This document shows positions 23,465 through 34,582 of a DNA stretch of 64,000 nucleotides, in pieces. The stretch covers positions 1,105,249 through 1,169,248 of the forward strand of contig BDGG01000005.1 of the NCBI GenBank assembly GCA_001949185.1. The letters run 5' to 3'. The stretch is from Ramazzottius varieornatus. Taxonomy: Eukaryota; Animalia; Tardigrada. Within the stretch, counting starts at the first letter, position 1. Every line of letters starts with the position of its first letter. The notes below the pieces were generated by a model. That model did not search any database. It was not told the origin of the DNA and was given only the letters and a program-made list of their open reading frames with translations. Position numbers and translations under genes: made by a program.

Positions 23465-26400
23465 ATGCGCATTTGGGCGGTGACCCTTCTCTTATTTTCT
23501 GCGACAAGTCTCACCGCTGCACTTTACACTAGTGGACGCCAGCTTACACCCGGAAGTCTTGATGGCACGCTTGTGGGAAGGGTATTCGCGCATCGAGAGA
23601 AGCTGCGGGATGCACAGATGGATGCGGACTTGTCTATGGACGATCAAGACTATTTGAAGGAAGCGATCCAGCTCGACAACGATGATTACGATCTTGAAGA
23701 AACTGATACGGACGATGCCCAGCAGTTCGACGATGATGATGACTCCCAGGAAGAAGCATCTCTGGACGACGATGACGATGGCGAAGAACAAGAAACGTCA
23801 GGTACAAAAACAAACTGGATAGGGCACCGTCGTCCCGAGCTTTCGGATCCGAAAATCATTTTGTTTCTTCTGTAAAGTCATGCGGTCTTGACTGAAGAAA
23901 ATTCGTATGAATGAACATCTGCTTTGGTAATATATATTGCGTGACAAGTGTGTTTGCTTTGATATTGTGTGAGTATCTGCTCAGTATAGTATACGTAGAA
24001 TTTGTATACAGTTTGATGTACAGTCGGGTTACACCTTGATGAGCAGTACGGTGCTATTTCGCCGTTCTTCTTGATGCAGAAAATACGGTGGGAACTCATG
24101 AATGGCGCCAATCAGAATCTTTGTGATAGATAGGGAATATAATTGCATTCTGGAACCGTGTTAAAGTTTTCAGTTTTACTTGTTTCCTTCACAAGAGTTT
24201 TTTGTTACAGAAGACGCCGATACGCAGCAGGAAGAGCTTCAGCAATCCGATGAGGATGCCGAGTTCACTGCCGATGACAAAGAGCAGACCGCGCTGGACA
24301 ACGCCGCGTCCGCCAGCAACGAGAAGTCCGTGCAGTCCGCTGAGCAAACGTTTGATGACGACTATATCGAGGAGAAGGAAGACCAGAAAAAATCCGCTCA
24401 GTTCCAGGACGACTACGAGACCGATGCTAAAGAGGACAACGAAGAGAAAGCTCTGGACGACGACGATGACGGTCTCCAGACCAAGGAAGCCGAAGAGGAT
24501 GCCGAATCCCGCAGAAAACGAAACACCGACGAGTTTGATGACGACGATGATTCGGACACATCCCAGCAGACTCGGTTGGATGAAGATGATGATGGGTACG
24601 CGTCAGACACCTTATTGGACGATGACGACGACGGTCAGACCACCGATGACGAGGAAGAGCTCGACGAGGACGAGGACGGAGTCGAGAATGCTTCCGAAAT
24701 GGATGACGATGACGACGGGGAAGAGAAAGAGCAGTTCCAGGACGACGATGACGGAAAGGAGAAGGAGCAGTTCCAAGATGATGATGACGGGGAAACTGCG
24801 GATCTAGAATTTCAGGTAAAGCTCAGTTTCACGTTGCTGAATTTTTCGCGGCAGGCATACAGTACGTACACGTGCACATGGAGAAATACGGGGTACGAGG
24901 AGAAGGTCCTAACTTTGTTAAGGCTAGAACTTTTCTAACGTACGTCATGGCCACGTTACAAGCCCAAGGTGCCTGAAAATCGGTCGTAACGTATGCTAGA
25001 AAACATGTAGCCGTTAACAAAGTTAGGACCTTTTCCTCGTCGTTGAATTAATACACCAATGCTCAGTGAAGTTGCGCCAGTTCATCGAGGTAGCGAGACT
25101 CCGTTTTGAGCATTGCCTGAAGTGTCGCAGAGCTTTACTTACAAGGACTATTCAGACCATGTCACTCGTTGACCAGTATATCGGTGCTCTTTCGTGATAG
25201 CTGGGATCCTTAGCTACCCACAAACTTTCGGGAAAACACGAAAGGAGCCGGAGAGAATCCCGAAAGTGCGTGGTCCACCGTAGTACCAGTGTTACAGCCT
25301 AAATAGCGTTACACAAGACAACCCGAAAACTGCGCGTTATTCGAGAAAACTCTAGACTATACCAGTGGAAGGGGTAAAAGGAAGTTCTGAACCTTATAGC
25401 AGTGAGGAATGGCCAAACTCGTGTTCAAAGTATTTTCCGTAGTTTCTGACGGAAGCTGTTACAGCGCCGCAATGCTGAATTCTCTCCAGCATAGAGTCGA
25501 AAAGCTTTCAGAATGTGTGGCAAACGCGTTTTGGAATTCTTTTGAGCTGGGGTATGGTGTTCCGCGGACAACATAGTGGCACTTGGATACGTTCTCTATT
25601 TTCGGGAAAACGAAAGCCAGAAGATTCGAGGAGGGCCTTCCCGCAATTCCCTTGGTGGTCCCAGAGACTGAAACTGATATGCCGTACGTTTCAGTTTCAG
25701 TCTCCCCAGACTGAGACTGATATCCTTCACGAATCAGTTTCAGAACCGGGACTAAAACTGATATTACTGAGAGATTCGATTCTGTCAGTCTTGCTTAGAC
25801 TCGTTTAGAAAGAGGCCCAATTCTGTCCAGCCGGACTGAACTGATATACTTCGTGGATGAATTTTTAGCAGTTCGACGAGACTTGCGACTGAATGTGGGA
25901 TTGAAACAGAATATACCACTGATCGGTTCTACGGTGGACGACGCACCTTCGGGATTTAACCAGCTCGAGGAAGTAGTCGTTCGCCTTTCGTCCCGATACT
26001 TTGTAGAGCTAAAGGCCTCAGCTATCACAAAAATAGCATTGGTTCCGTGATCGGCAAGTGACAGGGTCTGAATGGTCTTTTGTTAGACGTCAGAACCGCG
26101 CGGATGGACTTCTCTAGTTCCGATCCGATATTTGTGGAATTCAACGTGTTATTACTTAAGTATACTAAAAAAATCGCACACGCCCATCTTTATACGGGTT
26201 TTCGACAGGAATGTCGACTTGGTTTGTATCGCTTACAGTATCCGTGTGGCGAGCCAAGCTTGTTGGTCTGTGCAAAGCGCAAACGTGGCAGTAAAGTTTG
26301 ATCCGGTAGTACCGCATAGTCATCCTGGACGCAGAAACCAACAGAGAAAACAAATCGCCGTTGGGCCGTTTGGTTCTGGATTTTTTCACTTGCTGGTTAC

Positions 26401-28218
26401 TGGGACAAACGATAATATGTAGATCTCACCTTGCTTTTTTACAGGACGACGACGATGGTAAAAAGTCTCAAGAGCTCGATGATGATGACGATGGAAAATC
26501 GTCCGAAGAGCTGGACGATGACGATGATGGTAAGGAGACCGAGGAGCTCGACGATGATTACGACGGTAAAGCGTCTAAAGAACTGGATGACGATGACGAC
26601 GGTAAACAGTCCGTGCAACTTGACGATGACGACGATGGACGTACCGGTACCGTAGAATTTCAGGTAGTTATATCGAGTACCGTATATAATTTTGACACGT
26701 TACCTGTATCTATTTTAGCCGGTTATGTTCAAGGCCATCTCACTGAATATTATAATTTATCTTTGTTGTTGCATCTAGGATGACGACGATGGGAAAAAGC
26801 TGAAACAGCTGGACGACGACGATGATGGCGATGCCGAACAACTTGATGCGTCAGTCGTCGAAGAAACTGCCGTTGTATCCTCCAAAAAAACAACGTACGA
26901 TTCCGCCGATGATGACGATAAAGAGTCCTCCATGCAGTTCCAAAGAGGACCACCTTATCGAGGTCCACCCGGACGTGGCCCTCCGCCAGGACGCGGGGGG
27001 CCTCCAATGCGAGGCCAACCGGGCAGAGGGCCACCTGGGCAATGGCAACCCGGGAGACCGATGGGACCACCAGGAAGACCGATGGGACCACCAGGAAGAC
27101 CGATGGGACCACCAGGAAGACCGATGGGACCACCTGGAAGACCGATGGGACCACCTGGAAGACCGATGGGACCACCAGGAAGACCGATGGGACCACCAGG
27201 AAGACCGATGGGACCACCAGGAAGACCGATGGGACCACCAGGAAGACCGATGGGACCACCAGGAAGACCGATGGGACCACCAGGAAGACCGATGGGACCA
27301 CCAGGAAGACCGATGGGACCACCAGGAAGACCGATGGGACCACCAGGAAGACCGATGGGACCACCAGGAAGACCGATGGGACCACCAGGAAGACCGATGG
27401 GACCACCAGGAAGACCGATGGGACCACCTGGAAGACCAATGGGACCACCAGGAAGACCGATGGGACCACCAGGAAGACCGATGGGGCCGTCAATGCGCAG
27501 GCCGCCACCGAGGCCAATGGGACCACCAGGTAAAGATAAGTTATACGCAGGCGAGCCTGGGCGTTTTGACAATTTGTTTTAACCTGTTTTCTTCTTAAAT
27601 TATCCAGGTAGACCGATGCCACCGGGGCGAGGGCCACCTGGTAGACTGATGGGACCGCCTGGTAGAGGGCCACCAGGAAAACCTATGGGGCCGTCAATGC
27701 GTAGGCCGCCAAACCGAGGACCACCTGGTCGCGGACCAACAAGGAGACCAGCGGGCCCGCCGAGACGGCCTCCAGGCCGCGGACCACCACCGCGAAGAAT
27801 TCCGCCTTCAAGAGGAGTTCCAGGTAAACCGTCACCTGCTGGAAAAACACCGCAAGGTAACCGAAGCCCCCAGAAAGGCAAAGCTCCGCCAAAGAAGCCT
27901 ACTGGCGGTAAGCGACCTGTCCCAGTCGCGAAGCCTGGTTCACGTGCTACCCCGAAGAAACGTCCTCCTCGAAGAAAGATGGAAAAGCCTAAGGAGAAGA
28001 AGATACCCGTAAAGATAAAGAAACAGCGAGGTCCGGCGAAATCTTTCCCCAGACGAAGACTATCGCCCGTGAGAAAAGTTCGACTGCCGCCGCAGGAAGT
28101 GGCAAAGCTTCGGAAAACACCATGGTATCGTCGTAAATTCAAGGAGTATCCTAAGTATCGACAGATTGGCATCAGGCAGCACGGACCCCGGTACCGTCGC
28201 CCAGGAATGATTTCATAG
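23465..28218 (+). CDS. Secreted intrinsically disordered protein: Asp/Glu-rich N-half, (GRPMGPP)n block, Pro/Arg/Lys-rich C-terminus (~840 aa, 5 exons)
   Basis: Signal peptide [19 protein letters not shown]. Approximate exons 23465-23801, 24211-24815, 26445-26663, 26779-27529 and 27608-28218 join in frame. Repeated LDDDDDG/FQDDDDG units and an RRKR site. Confidence 0.8.
24895..25040. mobile_element. ~146-bp foldback/MITE in an intron
   Basis: ACGAGGAGAAGGTCCTAACTTTGTTAAGGCTA.. versus ..TAGCCGTTAACAAAGTTAGGACCTTTTCCTCGT, ~55-bp imperfect inverted arms. TA on the left only. Confidence 0.75.
25664..25847. repeat. Cluster of GACTGAAACTGATAT-like motifs in both orientations (intronic)
   Basis: Forward copies at ~25665, 25709, 25750 and 25834; reverse copies at ~25690 and 25733. 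Confidence 0.7.
27052..27492 (+). repeat. Coding 21-bp tandem repeat, 21 units (20x GRPMGPP + GRPMGPS)
   Basis: GGAAGACCGATGGGACCACCA repeated with only synonymous variation (CCA/CCT, CCG/CCA) in the GRPMGPP frame. Confidence 0.97.
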
Positions 28219-28876
28219 TTGAGAATTCGTTGATGTCCATTGTTAAATAGCTCCTTCAGGTGTTCCTTCTTCGAGAACTTGTTCTCGCCTTTGTTATCGT
28301 TTTAAACTTTATTGTTGCTGTTCTTATGTTGTTATCTTGTTGACTATTCGCTGTGGTTTGTTGGTCGCAAGTGGTTAATGGTGGGTGGTTTTGTTTCCTA
28401 CTGAATTTTTTAATGAGTTTCGAGTGCAGCTGTTCAACCTCTTTTCAAAACGACGGCGATTCCACCCTGATAAACTGCATTCTATTTCACGGACGTTTGC
28501 CGCGCTCAGATCGATCGACAAACTAAGATATCAAGCAGTGTGATGGAAAATTATCAGCCATCGTTCCACTACGGACTACAAGACGGAACGAGAACCATTC
28601 TGTTCGTGGCAATCATATCGTCCGTTAGCCAAAACCGAGCGCTTCGATCACTTCTTGTTTTAACAGTACCGTAGCGATGATACCTATGTTTTCAATTATT
28701 GAGTTTCAGCCTACATAGCCAGCCTCCGGCTACCTCAGTGGAATACTGCATCTGGTCACCGTACTTGTGGTCTGGTTGATATCCACCTCGATTTCATAGC
28801 TTGCGAAAGGCATCGTCACTGGCTTCTTTTCCGAGCGCATAGTTATTGTATCACTGTACGGCAGACGAGGCTGACC

Positions 28877-31044
28877 ATGCTGCAGAGACGGGAACAACTC
28901 ATGCGTTTGTCCCTGATATTCCTGTGCTTCATCCAATATGGCCTGGGACTAGACAACGGTTTAGGTTGGAACGGCGCTTACCTCTTTCAAATGACTGTGA
29001 TCAACCTTTCTGTCCGCAACAGCTGATCGTTTTCTTCTTGTAGCGCTGACTCCGCCGATGGGCTGGCTGGCGTGGGAACGCTTTCGCTGCAACGTTGACT
29101 GCAAGAACGATCCACAGAATTGTATCAGGTGGGTACTGTACAATTGTACATCCATCTCAGGGAGCGTCACGACGAATTTGCTTTAGCTGAGTTCCCGCTT
29201 GCACCTTACCTCATCTTTTGTTTCCAGTGAGAGCTTGTTCATGGAGATGGCCGAACGAATGGCGACCCAGGGGTACAAAGAAGCTGGATACGAGTACGTC
29301 ATCCTCGACGGTAATGGTTGTGTTCCGTGCTCGGACTGGGGGTGCACTCGACCTAAAAACTGACGCTAACCTTAGAACCGATTTCGACTGTTAGACTGCT
29401 GGATGAATAAATCGCGGGACGAGAAAGGAAAGCTAACTGCCGACCCGGAAAGGTTTCCGAGCGGTATCAAGTTCCTTGCAAAATATGTAAGAATACGATA
29501 CGGATATCGAAGGAGAGCCCAGATGGCCGAAGACGGATGTTTTGCTTCGTATATTAGGTTCATTCTTTGGGTTTGAAGCTCGGAATCTACGAGGACATTG
29601 GGACTCTGACTTGCGGCGGCTATCCTGGGATCGAAGGGCATGAGGAGGAGGACATGAAAACTTTCGCAGAATGGGATATTGATTACGTCAAGCTCGATGG
29701 ATGCTATATGGATGCAGCCGAATTCGGGACAGGTAAGGTGTCCTGTTGGCATGCGCTCATAGACTGGACACCGGGAAATGTACTATACAACCACGTCTTT
29801 GTGAACTGGTACTGTTTTGTCCTTTAGCGTACCCGCGAGTGGGCCAGTTTATGAATAAAACCGGTCGATCGATGGTCTATTCCTGCAGCTGGCCGGCTTA
29901 CCTCATCGATTCAAACGAGACGGTAATTTTGGCTGTTTTCTATGGTAGCCATGTGCCTGTTCTAGCTTACTTCAACATGGAGTTACGCTTTGCTTTCGAC
30001 ATCAACGTATCATCTTTATAGCTTCCATGGAAGGATCTTATTCAATACTGTAACCTATGGAGGAACTACGATGACATTCAGGACAGTTACGATAGTTTCA
30101 CCAACATTGCTGCTTGGTTCGCCAAGAAGCAGGACGAACTGATCCCGGTGGCTGGGCCAGGTGTGATTCTAGCGAACGTACCAGTACGGTTACGTTATGC
30201 TCCTTGCCATACAAATCCTATTGGTCTTATCAACCAGGTCACTGGAACGACCCTGATATGCTTTTGGTGGGCAACTTCGGACTATCGTACGTTTCATGCA
30301 TACTGACCCGCTGCTGTCTTTGTGCTTAAAAGCCCTGATAGTGATTTGTGATGGGTAGAATCTATATCGTACGTTTCGATCAGGTTCGAACAGCAGAAAG
30401 CTCAAATGGCGATATGGGCTATTCTTGCCGCTCCACTCATCATGTCCAACGACCTTCGAGACATCGGACACCCCTACCGAAGGATTCTCCTGAACCGCGA
30501 GGTTATCGCCATCAACCAGGACGTGCTGGGTATTCAAGGAAGGCAGACTGCTTCGTCGCGGGTACGTAGCTCCAACAGTAGCAAGTGAGGTCTCGTGTTA
30601 TGATTAAATACCTTTTTACAGGCCAAGGGGATCGAAATCTGGACACGACCTGTCACGCCCACCACAACTGCCAATGGCGCGACTGTTTACTCGTACGCAG
30701 TTGGTGCGTTCCGTTATATTGCCTACGGGCTTAGATTTCGGAATATTCAAAGCATGTAAGACGCGCCATCCACACATCTAATCGATAACTTCTTCGCCAC
30801 AGTGATATGGAATAAGCGAGATGATGGAACGCCATATCCGTACGCTCAGCCAATCAGTTCCTATGGACTGACGGAGAAGAAGGGTTATTTCATCCGCAAC
30901 TTGTACACTGGTCAAGATTATGGACTTCTTCAACCAAACGACGTACTTCCGCTGAAGGTTGTTCCGTCTGGCGTAGTCATGTTCAAAGCTACGCCCGTTG
31001 TCGCAATAAAAACCAGGTCGGTCCAAGAGGACGCCCAATGGTAG
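28877..31044 (+). CDS. NAGA: Alpha-N-acetylgalactosaminidase (GH27)
   Basis: [39 protein letters not shown] (NAGA-type; GLA has YSCEWPLY), [10 protein letters not shown] and [15 protein letters not shown]. Start at ATG 28877 or 28901. Confidence 0.93.
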
Positions 31045-31667
31045 CGCTGGCAGCACTAGCAGCACTCCCCATTTGTTGTTCCGTTTTTCTTTTTATTCTT
31101 CGCTTACTACGTACCTCCGAATTTTATCTGTTGTATCAAAAGAGAATTTTTCCGTAAAATGAAAAATTTGCCTTTCTGATGCATGCAAGACATGGTTGGA
31201 CTGCAGCTGGACCATTGAGTAACAGTTAAACGAGTCTGATATACATGTATATGCATTGGCAGAGAGTTAGCGGACCGTTACTCGAGCTTGGTTCCACCCT
31301 GTGAAAGATCTGCAAGCTCGCTTTGTAAGCTCGAGGGTTTCTATGAAATTGCAACGAAGTTCAGTGTTGGGCTTGTGTGCGTGTCTTACCGGTTATTTTC
31401 TGAAGTGCGCTTGTGAAGCAGCGGATCCCGGAACGTGCTGAAAGGGTCTTCGTGCATCAACGTAGTTTCCGGGCTGAGTGACCAAGGACCAGGCTCTGGC
31501 CATTGTGTTTCGATCACTGGACGAGTCAAACTGGGCCGAAAGCCTTCGTCCAGTTAAACTGGAGGGCTGGTCGAATTGTTTTGGTGCGCCACTTGCTCGG
31601 GCCCGCTGATCGGAACCGGTGACGATATCTGAGAATGTTATTTCCGTGGGATACTGGAGGATCAGCC

Positions 31668-33024
31668 ATGAGGACGATCAGCAAATTTATGGCTCTTTCA
31701 AGCCTGGTAGTCCTGCTCAACGTGGCTGCTACGGATTCCGCAAGAGCGGACCCACTCATCCAAGAAGGATCTTCGAGTTTGGTCAAGCGACAAATTAACC
31801 TACGCCCACCATTGCCGCCAGATTTCCTCGAGGTCCCCATCGTCTCATCCAAGCTACGGACGGTCAATGCCACCACTCCCACACCCAAGATAAGGATGCT
31901 GCTATTTTCCGATGTAAGTATCGATCCGTACTGATGGGATGGTCTATAAGGCCAGAGGAAGCCACGAAGTTTTCTTCACAATTGATCTATCGATAGAGTA
32001 GGAATACGAAAGACCTCTGGATGGCGCCACCATCGACATTGGCGCACTGGTCAATATGAAGTTCCAACTGGACAACGTGTCAGCAGGTAATAAATAACAG
32101 TCTTTCTGGCACAGCACACCGACACTCCGACGACCCTAGAAAATATGTGCGGGACAGATCCATTTCCACTTACAGGCACATGCTTTCTTTTTGAATATTG
32201 CTCTTGTAGCCATCTATGGATTGAAGGTAGTTCGGGTGTACGCATTCGGTGGAGAACTGGGTCAGTACAAGGAAATTCTGGTGGAAGACGGGTATGTTCT
32301 GCTGTTTCGATGACTCTCAGTCTTCTCGCTCTTGTCGATCTTCGTAATTAGATTAACTAATTAGTCTCTGTTTCATTTAGATGCGCCTCAGCGACTAGAG
32401 CAGCAACATCGCTGGCGCAAATGGAGCGCAGCAAAGTCACTCTCAAGTTCCACGCCTTTCGTTTTCCGGCCTCCAACAACGTTCGTTTTGTTGCTACCAT
32501 GTTGGTATGTCGACAAAGATGTCAGAAGGTATGAATGTTGGGCGTTTTGATTTTTTTCTTGAATTGCCATACGCTGTCAAAATCCGATATTCCGCAGCCG
32601 CTGTGTGTTATGTTGACTGACCAGAAAGAGAGAAAATCGAGGTCAGCGGATGAACCGACCAGAATACTGGCTGAGCGCTCTCCCGACTTTAATTCGAGCA
32701 TGGCCAATGGTCGAAACAAAACGTCGGACATAGAAGTGACTTCTTCGGCAATGGGTAAGCACAAAGAAAAAGCGAAAGCTTGCCAACCTATGTGCCAAGT
32801 TCCATTACCACAAAAACTTGGCTTTGTTTCCTTTTTTTACAGTGGACATACGCGGCTACGATCCAAGATTTGTTGTCGGGCCGGGTCAACGAAATCTCAG
32901 ATCGAGGGGTTCGCGGACTCATCTCGGCCAACCTCCAAGGTTACCCGTGAGCTGGGTGGATCCCTTTGTTTACATCACTGTAGCGCTAGTTGTGGCGTAT
33001 TTTAACGAGCGCAATCAGCTTTGA
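31668..33024 (+). CDS. Secreted/membrane protein with a zona pellucida C-type (ZP-C, cuticlin-like) domain
   Basis: Signal peptide; spliced exons give IYGLKVVRVYAF..ILVEDGC..LKFHAFRFPASNNVRFVATMLVCRQRCQKPLC, a basic RKSR site and a C-terminal hydrophobic stretch. Confidence 0.75.
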
Positions 33025-34582
33025 CCGACAGAGACAATATTCAAATTCTTCATCCGTAATCCTAGTTTACGGCGCAAACTTTACTCTCTGTTCAACACTG
33101 CGGACTTTTCCGGGTTGTCCAGTTTAGCCTTTTAGGAGGCTCAGGCTAGTGGCAATTCGAATTCATAAGGAAAAGTTGGAAGAATGAAAGGGTAGATTTT
33201 GCGCGGCCGTAGCCTTTCAGACAATGGAAACATAAAAATTTAGAGGCAAAAGTGGCAGTTGCGGCCACCGTAGATCAATGGGCCCGTGCGCCTTTACTAC
33301 CGATCGAAAGTCTCGTCACTGCACTACTTGTCAAAGTGCCTTCATTTATCTTTTCCTATTTACCCAATTATAAAACTGCCCACTGGTCAGGAAAGTCGGC
33401 TGCTTCGAGTCGCAATGTATTCGCGCGTGAAGCATTTTCAACCGGCGACAGGTGACGAAAAGTATGCCTATATCATACGATTCATGTCAACGGCTTCCCC
33501 TCCACAACCTCGAGCTACAACGTTCCAGCTACGCGAAAGAAATCAAAGACAGGTTGGCTTCACGACACAAGCTACAGGCCTTGAGCTTGACGATGAGTAG
33601 GGAACTGACAGAACTCCGGTAAATAGCTGGATATTCATTCTTCGGCCGGATTGCGCAATGGATCAATTTTATTTGACTATAATACCCACTATGGTCGGCT
33701 TCTTCGACCGTTTCCTTAGTCGACTCTCACCATGTGGTAAATATACGTAATCTCGAGTCGAGGGGCTGGAACCGGTAGCACCGGTTTATACTACGCTTTT
33801 GCTGCCATATGGGTCGCTGTTAGCAACTGCGCCGTGATCTAAAGGTAACTTTCTTTCTAAGTTGCGCGCTTCGTTTGTCAACCAGAACCAGGCGCACGAA
33901 GTGGTTTGACCATTGCGCATTATGCATCCCATGGGAACTGTTGACACAGGTAATTCCTCTGGGCAAAATTCTTCTTTATGCGTCCGGTATAATAAACTCC
34001 GGCTTCGATCGATTGGCCAAAGCGGCATTGGATTGGCAGTGGTCAGACGCACAAGCATGAGTATTTCTGCAACATTCTAGTAATTCCACCGACCACTGTT
34101 ACCACCTTACTGGCTATGCCACTGACGAGGTACCACCGAGCTAGCCTACTCATTATCGAAACTCGGGAGAGACTCCTCACGTGCAAGTTCAGCTCTGTCG
34201 GGAAAGGATCAATTGGGATCCCGTCATGTGTCAAGATAGCGTAGAAAATGGCACCGAGTGCGTGACTCCTCCGTTAAAAGCTTCCTTCTCGAGAACACGG
34301 TAGTGGAAACCGAAATCTTGCTTTCAACGCAGAGTAGAGCGTACGCCACGCCGCAGTGACGGTTCTTCTCGCAGTAATTTCCCGTTTATAATTTTCTCGC
34401 AACAAGACTCCGCTGTATTAGTTCCCTGATATATACATGTGCAAACAGTTATTAGAAAGGAGAGCTGGTAGTTCACGCATGAAGACAGAACCGTGGTCTA
34501 TCACTTCGATAAAACTCCTGTCGCGTACGTCAAAACTCAACAGTTTGAGTAACACTTCAATTCCCGGAACTACAGTAACTCT

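Noticed and set aside
26750-27673. Long overlapping ORFs (VFLVVPS, DRWDHQE, GGPIGLP and TTRKTDG repeats)
   Set aside because: These are shadow frames of a stop-free 21-bp repeat. Only the GRPMGPP frame links to the spliced gene and shows synonymous-only variation.
31584-31595. Solo GTGCGCCACTTG half-site upstream of the ZP gene
   Set aside because: No matching left arm 29 nt upstream and no outer box, so it was not counted as a family member.
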